This document shows positions 13,851 through 27,603 of a stretch of 64,000 nt of DNA, piece by piece. Every line of letters starts with the position of its first letter. The first letter of the stretch is position 1. The DNA comes from the human T2T-CHM13v2.0 reference genome, Homo sapiens, in NCBI RefSeq assembly GCF_009914755.1, contig NC_060926.1. One strand, 5' to 3'. Position numbers and translations under genes: made by a program. The notes under the pieces are model-generated. The model saw only the letters and a list, made by a program, of their open reading frames with translations, was not told the origin of the DNA and made no database searches.

Positions 13851-14924
13851 ATTTGGGAACAAAATGGATAATGGCTTACCCAAGCCAAACAGCAACAGTG
13901 GAAAAGCTTCCATAGACTCTCCTATCTTCTAACACATGTTGCATTGTCTTACCATGCCACTGTATTGCCCATTGCTACTCTTAATAGAGTCAAATTAGAT
14001 ACCTTTAACAATGTGAGTTTATAATAAAAATAATCATGTTCTTTTCAGCATATCTTGGTAACACATTATAGTGCTCAGTTTAGCTTATTTTTCTTGACTC
14101 ATCTTAGAATGCTTGTCGACTCATAACCTACAGAGAAATATCTAAATCTAACAATTAACTTCAAATCATGATGCAGAACTATGTATAAAGTAAATTCCAT
14201 TTAGTATTTACCCCTGAGATTATGTCATCCAGTCTATTCCTGAGATTTTACCATTAATTTTAGTTCTGAAGTACTTGGTTTTTATCCACTGACAACAACA
14301 TGAACAAAATTCTGCCTTATTATTTTCTTTCAATAATTAAAACTTCATAAAAACTTGCTACATTATGTGAGAGGTCAATATCATTATTTTTACTATGAAA
14401 AATATAAAATTAAATTATTACTGTCCAACTTGGGCCTTCTCATAACTTTCAGATTGCCTATATATCCTGCCTGCTCTAACTATCAGAGCCACAGTTATTT
14501 TAGTTCCTCCAGTTAAAGCAACATAAGGATATATCGCAATTATGATTCTTTCACATAATTAACCTGAGATATTATCTATTTTGACACTTAGAAATACTCT
14601 AGCTTTGTCCTACATTGATTTTACTTTACAGATTACCCATTCTGTCTCTGTAAGTCTTTGTCAAACTAATAAAATTATGACCTAAAACTATAGGCCATAC
14701 TATTTTACAAGATTGTCTTATCATAAAGGAATTACTTTATGAGAAGAGAAATTAATGGAGTAGCAAATCTACTTAGTCATTTTTGCACATAAATTTAAGT
14801 AACTCATGGAAAATACTTTCCACCAAAGGAGAACACTTAAGTTGAATCCAAGCCAATATGATGCTAGCAGTTTCTCCTACCCCCCCATTGCATTCACTCC
14901 TTTTCATGTCAGGTCTGCGAGCCT

Positions 14925-15015
14925 GTTGAGAGCACCATATGTGTTTTGTCTTTGTAACCTCGACACCCAACAAAGTGTATGGTACATAAAAAGTGCTTAA
15001 TAAGTATTTGTTGGA
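14925..15015 (+). mobile_element. L2 3' end fragment
   Basis: GGTACATAAAAAGTGCTTAATAAGTATTTGTTG. Confidence 0.6.
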
Positions 15016-17010
15016 CAAATGTCAATTGTTCTTCCAGAATACATCTTTCCCTCTGGAAATCTGTAAGCATTTTTAGCTCCCCACAACTTAGCACATTTAC
15101 CAATACCTAGAGGGAAGACTAATGAAAAACAGACTTACGGTCTAATAGTTACTTGATTACCAAGTGAGAAAGACTCAAAACTCAGAACTCTTCCATGTTA
15201 CAGTAACTTCAGAGTCAGCCAGATCAAGTCTTCAGAGACTTAACTGCAGATACTGGAGAAAGACTGGACCCTAATACCTAAGGAACAGTAAAATCCCAAG
15301 TCTAAATATTGTCCTTTTCTTCCCTACAGTGCAAAGTTTTGAATTTTCTGAATTCAACTTTCTCTGATACTCTAGTCTTTAAAAGCAAAGTGGTCAATGA
15401 TGACACAAATAAACTTATTAAGGATAAATTCAAAGAAATATCTTAGTGCAGATGTCCTGGGCACAGAAAGCATTCACCTCTCTGTCCAAGATTTGGTCCT
15501 TCTATAGTTTGTACAATGAAGGTGGACTTAGAAAATAATAACCTAGAAGCTGGAAAAGGCCGACTGCCAGCACTAACATGCAAATGTGCAATGCTGATTT
15601 TAAATGTCACTTAATATGATATAAACTACAATAATTTTAACTCCAATTCTCCATGCCATCAGGCTGGTAGGAAATTTCTTCTCAGCTTGACCCTAGTATG
15701 TGGTATATTTATGGAATGTCCAGAAAACAAGGAAGGGACTTATTCTCTCCGACTTATTATGGTGTGATTTAACATCTTGGTGGCCCAAGCCACGTTTCTG
15801 CTTTTGGTCCTGCAACTCTCTGACTGTGCCAGGTGCCAGAAGTGAGTAGTCAGGCCTCATTGCTGAGGTTGACAGCTCCAGTACCTAAGACACTAGCACA
15901 CATCACAGGCACCGTATTTCTCACCTTCTCCTCAGTGTTCTGTAGTGAAGGGCTCAAGTCTCCGTTGCTCATGGGACCCATTGAACTCTTTCCATTCTAA
16001 AGAATTGCACTTCTCTTTCTTCTTACCCTTGAAAGACTTTGTTTCCCTATATAATTGAGATGTCCAGTATTGTGTCTTCCATTTAAAACTTTTCCAAAAG
16101 ACAGGAAGAATAATTGATTTCAGGATATTTCCACTTTTGCTCTACAATAATACCCTTAGACTCAGGGGAGGACAGGGAATATACAAAAATATTTTAATTC
16201 AAAGTAATATTTCTATAAAATATTCTGCTACCCCAATATTCCACTGAGTGTTTAGATAATATAAGGAACAGTCAGATTTTATCATTCAAGTTTATTATAT
16301 CTCATTTAGTTCGTTGTGATAGAATAATATTTGTTCTGAATAGTTTGGGATTCACTTCTGTAATTTAGATTTAGTATCCTGGTAGCATACTATTGTTTGT
16401 GAATTCATACTGAAAGTTCTGTAATGTTGTTTACATACGTAAATAAAATAGGTGAAGCAAGCAATAAAAAAAGCCAATTGTTTCTGTGCACTTACTATGT
16501 CCATGCAGTATTTTAAGCTCTATGTGGATCTCTTCTTGATGGTAGAAATAATGAGAGAATAACTAAAATGTTTTTAGTCATCTCAGAAGAAAATGAATCA
16601 AAGTTTACCTGATATTTTGTCATGTTCTGTACTTTCAATGCAAATATTTATTTTCAGTTTGATGAACTTGGACTATTCTAGTCTGGGGGAAAAGGAGAAG
16701 AAGAGGGGAAAGAACTATGGAAACTAACAAGGATGCAGGGGTTACCTAGATCCTTTGGGGAAAAGGAACCCTATAGAAAATAACAATTATTTCTCCTAAT
16801 TTGTTTGCTCAAACCCACTTTGCGTATGTGCTAGTTCTTCCTCTGCACGTTTTGGAGAAGTTCTTTCTGTTCTTTTCTCATCACCCTTAGTTCATTAATA
16901 TTTCACCAAACATTTTCTACACAAAAAGAGTCTTAATTTGGAACCTGAAATACCCAGCCCAGTGTCAGAATTATATGACTCCCTCTTCTTATTCTATTTA
17001 AAATTTCTTT

Positions 17011-17320
17011 GGCAGGGCACAGTGGCTTACACCTGTAATCTCAGCATTTTGGGAGGCCAAGGCAAGAGAATCACTCAAAGCCAGGAGTTTGAGACCAACC
17101 TGGGAAGCAAAGAAAGTCCTGTTTCTACAAAAATTAAAAATTAAAAAAAATAGCCAAGCATGTTGGCATGCACCTGTTGTCCCAGTTACTCAAGAGCCTG
17201 GGTGGGAAGATTGCTTGAAGCCAGGAGTTCAAGGTTACAGTGAGCTATGATCATGCCACTGCACTCCAGCATGGGTGACAGAGTGAGACCTTGTCACCAA
17301 AATCAATTAATTTAATAATT
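17011..17320 (+). mobile_element. AluJ (Jo/Jr-like)
   Basis: CCAGGAGTTCAAGGTTACAGTGAGCTATGATCATGCC; dimeric structure with A-rich linker. Confidence 0.93.
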
Positions 17321-19649
17321 TAATTAAATTCTTCCCAGCCCTGCAGTGAAGAGGGGAGACCCTTGATGTGCTTGCCTTCCAGCTCTCCCTGCATCTCCTT
17401 GTCCTCTCGGGCAGTAGTTTCAGATCCTTCACGGTAGAGGAAATGGTATTGGAGGAAGGGCACACCTCCCCTCAACAACAGTGATGTATTGGGTATTTAC
17501 AGCTAGTTCTTTCTCTCAAGGGTATGTGGAGAGCTCTTGTTAGCTTTGCATAGATGGGCCTACTGGAGATCTTTAACTTTCTTTCCTTCATGCATTCACT
17601 GTCCCAGTGTAGCTGGTTACTTCTAATTCCTCCCTTAGTCCCTGCAGAGCCAGTGGTCCTCTCCCTCTCTGGGGACTATTTGCTCCATTGGGCAATTCTC
17701 TAAAGGATCAAAGATGGCCTAGACTAGCTCCCTCTTGGGGAAACAATCCATTCTCTGTACTAAACTTCATCCTCTGATATAGAATGCTTCTTCTGGACAC
17801 TCCTCTAGAGGCAAATTTTTGGTACCTGTACCTCAAAAACTCAAAGGAACATAGATCAATTATTCTGAGTGTTTCTCTTGAAGTTCCCTAAATGCTCTCC
17901 CTTCCTGTATGGGCAAGGAAGAGGGTGTCAATCACATGCAGCATATTAACAAATCTCTCCCCAAAAGCCTTTAAACTGAAACAAGTCTCCTTGCTCAACC
18001 TCTGCAGCCTTAACAGGTAGATTTTAATATCTGAATCTATCTTTAGTTAGGTATTAAGATCTCAAAATTGAGGTCTCAAATTAGAGGACTTCCTTGGCCA
18101 GCTGAGTTATCACCTTTGCTTTGTATAACTGTCTGTGTTTGGGACCTTCAGCCTAAAATGAAATAGAAAGAGTCTCATTTTGCCATCCTATTTCACATTG
18201 ATGTAGCACCTAATTATCCTTCATGCAGCAAGTCAGCAAACACAACATACTCCTCCCTGCCTCACACCATTACTTACGCAGGATGAAAACAAGTTTTTCA
18301 GAGTTGCTACCACCCACATTCCAATTAACTCTTTTGCAGGGCCAATTTACTTCTCCACGATACTGGACCCAATTAAGACTCCATAATAGATGGCTTAGAT
18401 ACCTCTGGGGGTGATGAAAACATGAGGAGGAAGCCAAGTTACAATGGATGTAAACCCATTCAAGAGTGGATGTAAATGAAATCAGCTGGTAGCTATCCAA
18501 TTTACATATTTAGCATCCAGCTTGTGCTTGGCATATAGTAGACACTCACAAAATTGTAGTTTTCATTTCTTTCCTACTGAACCTCACTTTTCAATTAAAG
18601 AGGACAATACCAAAAATTTTCTTATTTTTCCCCAGACCAACAATCATTCTGAGGAGGAAAATCACATGAGACAATGTACGTGATTTCACAAAAGCATTGC
18701 ATTATCTCTTTTGTCTGTGCATGCTTGCCACCCAGAAATATGCTATGAAACTAATTATTTGATGGAATGAATTAAAAACTGACTTTGAAAATGGGACTAA
18801 AATTATATCTACATCAAGCCTGGGAGGAATGCATAGAAGATAATAGTTTCATTTAACACAAGAAAAATAAGAACAAAGTAGTTGTGGGCCTTACCCAAAG
18901 TTGCACAACCCAGAGGCAGAGGGGTTAGTAGGTTCTACCAAGGTCTCCTCATTTCAACACTAGATACAACAATGAGGGAGGCATGATGAGAATTTCTAGT
19001 CCCCAGGTTTAAAAGAAAAGTCAGGAGTTAGAGTTGAAGCCCTGGTGATCACTCTCATTCTTCATAGACACAGCTATCCATTAAAACAACTACGAACATA
19101 ACTCATCACTGAGGGAGACTGTAAAATCTGTCCTCATCAAAGAAAGAAACAGAAGATTGCCAGGGATTTGTACATAATTCAGGATATAGCGCAACATTTT
19201 TCAGGCCTCTTAGGCAATGCCATTTTACTTATAAACAGTTTGGAGAAGGAATATTTATAGCCCTTCGACCTCTCCCACTGGCCCTGAAAGAAATTGAATT
19301 TCCAACCAAATGCATTTACAAGGAGAGAGCTATTCATTCTAATAAAACCACATGGTAAGTACATTAAGTAAGGAAAAAAATCTTTTGATGAACGGAAATA
19401 TTATACCCACAGGAGGGGCAGCAGCCTCAGTGAAAGTTAAGTTTGGCTGTGTCTGATCTCATGTTCCTCAATTTTCCCAGCTCTTAAAGCATGACAATAC
19501 TACAATTAAGCTGCTTTAGGATGACACAAGTTCAACTAGCCAGTGGGCCCAACTTTAGCCTTTATATTTGGATTGTGAGGTGACTTATGAAGAAGAAAAT
19601 TTCCACAGACTCTTTAAGAGGAACATCAACTTCCTTTTTTTAACCTGAA

Positions 19650-20147
19650 AGTTTATTTTATTTATTTATTTTAATTTTTAACTTTTAGCTTTTGTGGGTA
19701 CATGGTAGCGGTATATATTTATGGAGTACATGAGATATTTTGATACAGGCATACATTGCATAATAAGCAAATCAGGGTAAGTGGGGTATCCATCACCTCA
19801 AGCATGTATCCTTTCTTTTTGTCACAAACAATCCAATTAAAATCTTTAGTTATTTTCATATATATAATAAATTCTTGTTGATTGTAATCACCCTGTTGTA
19901 GTATCAAACACTAGATCCTATTCATTCAATCTAACTTTATTTTGTACCCATTAACTATCTCCACTCCCCTCCCCAACCCTCCACTCTCATGGCCTTTCTC
20001 AGCTTCTGGTAACCATCATTCTACCTTCTACCTTCATGAGTTCAATTGTTTTAATTTTTAGCTCCCATAAATAAGTGCGAACATGTGAAGTTTGTCTTTC
20101 TGTGCCTGGCTTATTTCACTTAACATAATGACCTCCAGTTCTATCCA
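19650..20147 (-). mobile_element. L1MA (MA2-4-like) 3' end
   Basis: GTACATGAGATATTTTGATACAGGCAT..GGGGTATCCATCACCTCAAGCAT; CTGGCTTATTTCACTTAACATAATGACCTCCAG. Confidence 0.9.
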
Positions 20148-20686
20148 AGAATACCAAATTCAAAACTACATTTAAATGTACTACATGTATAGCTCTAGCA
20201 CCAGAATTAAAACAATGCATATGCCAAAAGGTAGGTAATATAATATTTACCTTCGAGAAAGTTTATCTATTTGGAGTGAAAAGACCATTGCATGTAGTAT
20301 AGAACATTACAAAACCAAATACAATTGGATGTTAAAACAGACTATAAACTATTAATTTCACCAAGTTCAGATGAATTCCTCTGTGGCATGGCAGTGAGGC
20401 TGGTGAGAAAAATGTGAGTTCAAATCTTTGAAGAAAATACAGAATGAACTTGGAAATTGAGAAGGAATGAGGAAGACAAAGGTACTAATGATTGCATCCT
20501 TGCTCCTGAAGTAAAAGAGTTAGTGAATTTTGGTGACATTTACTGAGATGTGGAACACAGAATGAGAATTGAGAGAAAATATGATGGGTCAATTTAAATG
20601 TAGTTTAACATAGAACATCCAAAAAAGAAAAGTCCAGCAGCAATCTAGTTACACATATGGAGTCCAGTAGGGATATACGTGCTAGA

Positions 20687-20687
<1 letters not shown>

Positions 20688-20718
<31 letters not shown>
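20688..20718 (+). repeat. Pure A31 tract
   Basis: Counted directly. Confidence 0.95.
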
Positions 20719-20721
<3 letters not shown>

Positions 20722-21311
20722 ACAGTTGCTAGGGAATTCGGATTAGCCCTGAGATCATAACTGTTTGCTTTCCTTCCAGATTATATCAGTTAATAATTCC
20801 TTGTGATTGTGCCAAACTCTAAGCTTGCTTTTAAAGAGAGATGTATTATATTTAACAATGCATACAACAAATATGGCAATAATTCAAATATGTGATTGCT
20901 TTAGGAAAGACAGTCCCAATCTAAACGTGGTTGTCAGATCAGAGTTACACCTGTAACTGACTCCTCAGATTTATTTTGTTACTGCTGGGAACATTTCTGG
21001 AATACAGTCCCTGAAAAGAATCAGAACTAGACTTCTACAGGCCAGGTAACAGAAAACCTGATTTCCCCACCCTGGTAAAGCCAAAAAAAAAATATTCTGC
21101 AAGATCCAGTTTATTGTGTCTGCCGAATTGGGAGTTGGTATGCTCTGGAACTACGGTCACTCCTTCCAATACTAGTCAGTGGGAGAGATAGTTCTGCTAG
21201 GTGAGCCACAGACAGCTTCAAAGCCAGAGAAATCTGGGTTTGGTAACTATCATAATGTTGACCGAGAAATAATGAAAAACGAATAGAAATAAAATTAAAG
21301 AGAGATGGGCT

Positions 21312-21321
21312 ACACACACAC

Positions 21322-21354
<33 letters not shown>
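21312..21354. repeat. (AC)n(AG)n compound microsatellite
   Basis: Read directly. Confidence 0.9.
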
Positions 21355-21357
<3 letters not shown>

Positions 21358-22084
21358 CAGCCCTCAGTGACTATGTCATAAATAGGCATGGAAAGTTCCA
21401 GCTAAGCATGGAGAAGATGAGATGAAATTATACATCAGGCAGAAGATGGGACTATGAAAGTACATGACAAGAAGAAGTAGTTGTTTCTTTATCTTACACA
21501 AAAGTTCCCTCATTTTGCTATGTGCCAGAAACCAAAATCAATTTCCTTTCTTTCTTATCAGCAAAATAAAAAGGCAAGTCTAAATATGTTCTGATGAGAA
21601 TTAGAGAGAAAATTCCAGTTCTTCTCAACAAACATAAGCAGTTGATGAACTCGCCAGCAGAATGAGTAGAGGAAAACAATAAGCATCCTGAGAAACATCA
21701 ACATATAGGAAATGGGTAGAGAACAAGATGCCTGCATAAGTATTCCAGAGAAGATAACAGAACTTAACTAAAATTAGCATTATAAACTGCTGGGAAATGA
21801 GAAGCCTTAGGGGACCTGAGTTTAATGATGGATGAGAGTGCTGTATGATTAAATTATTATTGGTATATAATTAATGCAACAAGACTGAAATTCAGTGTGT
21901 AATAAAGAAAAGGATGCACTAGGAGGATTGAGTGTGCAGAGAAGGACCCCACAAGGATAAGAGGGATCACCCTGATCTCAACAGGAACAGGTTACAGGAA
22001 AGAAGAGAAGCAGAAGTTTCTTTCCTTCTGGAGATAGCAGAGAAAAGTTTTTGACTTGGTTGCTTGGATATAAAGAAAGTTTCA

Positions 22085-22410
22085 GGTCAGGCGTGCTGGC
22101 TCACGCTTGTAATCCCAACACTTTGGAAGGCTGAAGTGGGAGGATTGCTTAAACCCAAGAGTTCGAGACCCGCCTGGCCAATATGGCAAAACTTTGTCTC
22201 TAGGTAAAAAAAAAAAAAATTTAAAAATTAGCCAGGCATGGTGGCACGTGCCTATAATCCCAGCTACTCGGGAGGCTGAGGCAGGAGGGTTGCTTGAACC
22301 CGGAAGGCCTTGAGCCCAGGAGGCAGAAGTTGCAGTGAGCTGAGATCATGTTACTGAACTCCAATCTGGGTGACAGCAGAGCTAGACTGTGGAAAGAAAG
22401 AAAAAAAAAG
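22085..22410 (+). mobile_element. AluJb-like element with a 16-bp internal duplication
   Basis: GGAGGATTGCTTAAACCCAAGAGTTCGAGACC; CTTGAACCCGGAAGGC (22293-22308) followed by CTTGAGCCCAGGAGGC (22309-22324). Confidence 0.92.
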
Positions 22411-22547
22411 AAAGAAAAAGAGGAGGGGGTGATGAGGAGAGGGAGGGAAAGAAAGGAAGAAAGAAAAAGAGGAGGGGGTGGTGAGGAGAGGGAGGGAAAG
22501 AAAGAAAAAAAGAAAGGAAGGAAGTAAGGAAGGAAGGAAGGGAGAAG
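22391..22547. repeat. Purine-rich GA tract containing a 49-bp tandem duplication
   Basis: Units at 22408-22456 and 22457-22505. Confidence 0.9.
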
Positions 22548-23868
22548 CAACTGGGAAGTTAGTTTCTAATCCAATGAATCTGGGAGATGGTCAGTGCCAA
22601 GGAAGATGGGAGATATCTGGGCTGACATGATGGATCTGAGAGACAATACTCAACCACAGTCACAACCAAGGCTCATGAAGATGGACCGTGGTGGGAGCTG
22701 TGCTGGAAGTAAGGATGGAACTCTAGTCCTCTCCCAATGGAGAGATGAGGAGGCCATTAGGTCAAGGCAGAATGTTCAGCTGTGGATCAATGTGTGCTCT
22801 CATGAGGTTTTTACAAGAGGATTAAGCAACATAAGCCTGTATTCTGGGAAAGGGTATGGAATCATTGAATTTGGATACCCATTTTGGTTCCCACTTGGTA
22901 ATATCATGAAGACTAGAAAAATAAAGAAACAGATAAACTGATCTTGTGGGCAAGGATGGTATTCAAAACATTTCATAGCCAGTAAGTCATGGGCCCCAAC
23001 CAATCATCAGGGGTCAATCAGAATGCACATAAGCTATAAGTTACTCTTATAGCTATCCCAGTGGGTAACAGCAGAATTTCTATCCTGCCTGTGAGTGAGA
23101 TTTGCTCTTTGAGGTCATCATCCCTGGATGAAGCTGCTGGTAAGCTTCCAGCTTGCTTTAAAAAGGCATCTGTTTCTAAGCAGGCTGAATAATCCATGCT
23201 GCCATATTATTTACTCTACTAAAATCATTTGTAAATTTTACATTAATAAGATGGTACAACAGTAAAATTCTTACCAGCTTGATGACAACAAACATACATC
23301 CAAGTCCTGACAAATATGTCTTTGAAACGTCCTTTTTTTTTTTTCACTTGCATTGACTTTACCACTGGTATGTACCCTTCTGGACTTTTCTGCCCATATT
23401 CTACTGACTTTTCTAACTATATTTCTCATCTATTTAATCCATCCTTCACATTGCCACCAGAAACAGTGCTAAAATTATTTACTATCTGCAAAAAAATAAC
23501 AACTACTTCCCTCTAAAAAAAAAAGATACACATTTCTCCCTGTGGTACTCAAAACTTTTAAAAAAATCCTAATCTTCCTTTATGTCTGCATCCTTTATTA
23601 CTACTCCGTTCTCCATCACTCTCACCACTCTATCACTTTTCCTAATTTAAGGGCTGGATAAATCCTGGGTCTCCATAGATTACTTCACTTCTATGGCCAT
23701 GTCATCTCGATGTCAGCTTGTGTCTCCCTGCCCTTAGATACTGTAGAAGATTAATTATAGTTCTCAATTATTAAACTGCTGCATTTTGTAAGAGGATCAT
23801 ATCTTTCTGCCACACTGACATCAGGCTCAGCTGTGTGACTCATTTGGCCAATAAAATGTGAGCAGAAC

Positions 23869-24304
23869 TTTATTAGTCCATTCTCACACTGCTATGAAGA
23901 AATACCTGAGACTGGGTAATTTATTAAGAAAAGAGGTTTAGTTGGCTGACAGTTCCGCAGGCTGCACAGGAAGCATAGTGGCTTCTGCTCAGCGTCTGGG
24001 GAGGCCTCAGCAAACTTACAATCGCGGCAGAAGGCAACAGGGAAGCAGGCATGTTTTACATGGCTGGAGCAAGAGCAAAAGAGAGAGAAGGGAGGTGCTG
24101 CACACTTTTAAACAACCAAATCTCTTGAGAACTCACTATTCAGTACCAAGAGGGGATGGTGCTAAACCATTCATGAGAATTACACCTTTGTGATCCAATC
24201 ACCTCCCACTAGAGAGGTGTTGTGTTGAAGGCGTTACACCTCCAACATTGGGGATTACAATTTGACATGATATTTGGGTGGGGACACAGATCCAAACCAT
24301 ATCA
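23869..24304 (-). mobile_element. MSTA/B MaLR solo LTR
   Basis: TATTAGTCCATTCTCACACTGCTAT ... GGGGACACAGATCCAAACCATATCA; 5-bp TSD AGAAC/AGAAG. Confidence 0.93.
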
Positions 24305-24479
24305 AGAAGTAATATTGCTTTGCAGAAGATTTAAAGGCTCCTAACACCACTCTTTTCCTCTTACCATGAGAACAGCATGTCCCAACCAGCAGCTGCTTCC
24401 ACAGCATAGATTAATAGAATGAAGCTGTGTGGTCAGAGCTGCAGCTGACCCACACCCAGCATGAAGCCTGAGCTACATT

Positions 24480-24784
24480 CTTTCTTTTTTCATTTTTTTT
24501 TTTTTTTTGAGACAGTGTCTCACTCTGTCACCCAGACTGGAGTGCAGCGGTGCAATCTCGTCTGACCGCAACCTCTGCCTCCCAGGCTCAAGCAATTATC
24601 CTGCCTCAGCCTCTTGAGTAGCTGGGATTATAGGTGCATGCCACGACTGCCCAGATAATTTTTTAATAGAGACGGGGTTTCACCATGTTGGCCAGGCTGG
24701 TCTCAAACTCCTGACCTCAAATGATCCACCCGCCTCGGCCTCCCAAAATGCTGAGATTTCAGGTGTGAACCATCACACCTGGCC
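24480..24784 (-). mobile_element. AluS (Sx/Sz-like)
   Basis: CCTGACCTCAAATGATCCACCCGCCTCGGCCTCCC; partial TSD TACATT. Confidence 0.93.
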
Positions 24785-25489
24785 TACATTACTTCTGCAT
24801 ATTACTTATCCAAGGCTGATCGATGCAAAAATCTGGTTAAATAAGTCCCAAATACCAAGTACTGCAGTACTCAGTCCTCCCTGAGGTGCCATGATTCACT
24901 TCCTTTTACAAACTCTCTCTACTTTCACTTCATTGGTGCTACCTGGGTTCTGTTCCTTAAAAAACTTAGACCCAAAGCAAAACTCCTTTACTTACAATTC
25001 TGTGTAAGAAATCTAATCATACTTTTTGTTAGTAGTTCCTGAGTTTGGTAATATTTAAGAAAACTTGAATGCCTGAGAGACTGGATCACATCTCACAGCA
25101 CACAGTCTTTTAACACTCAGTTCCAGCTCCTCATATTCCACCTTCTTCCAAAACCTCACAGCAACTCCTGACCCTCTCCACCTACCACACATGCTCTCCT
25201 GGAAAGGTAGGTCAGCACCCAGCACCTGTTGTGTCCATGTGTGTCTTGGAACAGTTCCATCAGGGCAGCCTGTTTTCCCTAGACCTACTGTTACAATTTA
25301 TTTAAACCAAAATTTCATTTCTATGAAATTATATTTTAATACTATTACAACTAATGTTCAACCTCAGAAGATTATATCTAGCATGCTATCAGACTTTTAA
25401 ATTGCAAAAGCACTTTCATGTCCATTATCTCATGGTATCACCTCTGTTTTGCCTTCAATCTCTATGAAGACAAGTGCCATGGCTCATAG

Positions 25490-25582
25490 ATATCACTGAG
25501 CATGCAGCTCTTAGCACAGTGTCTGACATATGATGGACACTCAGTCAGCGTCTGTGGGTGAATAATGAATGAATAAATGAAC
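25490..25582 (+). mobile_element. L2 3' end lying between minus-strand MIR pieces (~25405-25680)
   Basis: CTTAGCACAGTGTCTGACATATG..GAATGAATAAATGAA. Confidence 0.6.
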
Positions 25583-26239
25583 ATAGCTTTTAAGTAACAA
25601 GCCAAGGATCATATATCTTATAAGGAACAGAATTCCAGTTCATGTCTCGGATTCCAGTCTCTATGACCTTGCTCCACTCCTCCTGGGTCTCAGACTCTTT
25701 TGCTATGGATATGTGTAAAAAGAGGTCGATGAACACAGTCTGATGGTTTTAAAGAGAGGGTCAAAGTGCTAGACAGGTATTGGGCTAAAAAATATGAAAG
25801 TGTCTTCCAATCTAGAATTTTAGTAAGAAAACTAACAGTACTCAGAGACTTGCTATTAGTATCTATGAAATGAAATTCCTCCTTTAGAAAATTTTGTTTA
25901 CATCACTGAAACTGTGGATGCAGATCATATAGATTCAGAAAACCTTGATCTTTCAAAAGGACAATGTAGACTGAGATGTCAAAGTCATAAATTCTGCCAG
26001 CAAACGCTGCCTTCCCCACTCTGCAATGATAGAAGACAAGTTGTTTTTGTCTGCTAAATAATTCATCCACTTCAGTGTGTACAAGTTTACAAACACAAGA
26101 GGATTTACACCTTTATAACCACACTAAACGCTCCATTTTAAAAGCCTGGTGTCAGTTTTTATAAATGCATAGGTTCATTATTCCCTGGTTGCTGTTGTCA
26201 AAGTGAAGAGAATCATTATTCTCCCCTAGAAACATCACA

Positions 26240-26395
26240 CAGAGTCAGACAACTTTATGAAAGTTTTGGCTCAACTGCTTATTCATTGTGTGACCTGGGG
26301 CAAGGCATATACGTTTCAGGTTTGTGATCTCTAAAGTAGGGTTAATAATAAACATAAGTGAATAGTGAGGATCAAGTGAGATAAGATAATAGCTT
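26240..26395 (+). mobile_element. MIR
   Basis: TGTGTGACCTGGGGCAAG..GTGAGGATCAAGTGAGATAA. Confidence 0.65.
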
Positions 26396-27603
26396 TCAAA
26401 CCACATTTTAGGAAGACTCTTGGGTGAAGAGAGAGGTCAAGCAAGAGAGGGTACAGCCCCTGCCCCACCCTCCACTGCTTTGTCTAGAGAAAGTCAGCCT
26501 TCAAATTTGCAGATCTTAGCTTCGGGCCTTCGAATTCCCAGCTCAATTACCTGGCCACCACACCAGTGTGCACACTCCCTTACAATTGTCCAATGCTGTA
26601 GAGTGCACAGAGCACATTTATATACATTATTGTACAGCTAATCCTTACCATGATACAGGAAAATTACCTTTCCCACTTGGGAGCTGAAAGACTGAAGTCC
26701 TAAAAGATTAAGTGGCTAAGGGTGGTTCCCAAGATAGGTCAGCAGCAGCAGCCCCCAACCAGATAGTTGTGCTTTTCCTGAAACTCTGGGAAACCCATAC
26801 ATTCCTGTTTTCTATAATACACAAGATACCACCTTTAATTTGAAAACTGTTTGCCTTTTCAGGTGACCTGTGTTCTCACAATAAACAAGGCACTTTCTCA
26901 TTTTTCTTAAAAGAATGAAACTTCTGGCTTATCTTAAGAAGAAGGTGAAAGCATCCATTCAATATCTGATAGGATTTATAGCACAGCCCCAGTTTCTATT
27001 TCTAAGGCCATAATAAACACATTGTCCTCAGACCACAAGGATAGTTATCCCAGCCCTGGCACAGCATATTGGGATAGACTGTTGTCTCTAGAGGGAAACA
27101 ACAAATGTATCAGCATAAGTGTCACCTAATTTTCCTGCTAATGATACTAACTTTCTTCCCATTTGAGAGGGGCAGCTATCTGAAATTTTTTGTTGTTGTT
27201 GATAACATTCTCTCTCCATCTCCGTCTTAATTCTGAATGTCTGTCCCTGGGGTATATTAAAACATTTCATATTCTCACTGAATTAATTTATTCATCTATT
27301 AAGCAAGCAATAAGCATTTACCCTATGTTGTCTTTGGAGGTAGGCATTGTTAATACCAAATATATAAGAAGCAATTACTGCCATCAAGATGTTGGCAGTC
27401 CTGCTGGGGAGAACTGACTTGTATAAATACAGAGCAGAAAGAGATAAGCACATGTGAGAGGTATAAAGAGCTCTGGGAATTCAGATAGGAAAAAAACTGC
27501 TTGTGACGTGAGTTATCAGAAGCAGTTTCTAGGGTAAGAAGGGACTGATGCTGCAAGTGAATTAGTAGGTGGGATCTCACCAGGGGAAAATAAGGAAGAG
27601 CCT

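Larger units (their letters stand above)
23742..24827 (+). mobile_element. Old MLT1 (H/J-like) LTR interrupted by an MST LTR and an Alu
   Basis: GCTGTGTGACTCATTTGGCCAATAAAATGTGAGCAGAA, resuming AGAAGTAAT after the MST; CAGAGCTGCAGCTGACCCAC. Confidence 0.6.

Noticed and set aside
15301-15335. Strong + strand splice-acceptor-like sites (AG at 15328-15329; also 26861-26862 and 55170-55171)
   Set aside because: No convincing paired donor or reading frame, and expected by chance in 64 kb. A lncRNA exon cannot be excluded without RNA data.
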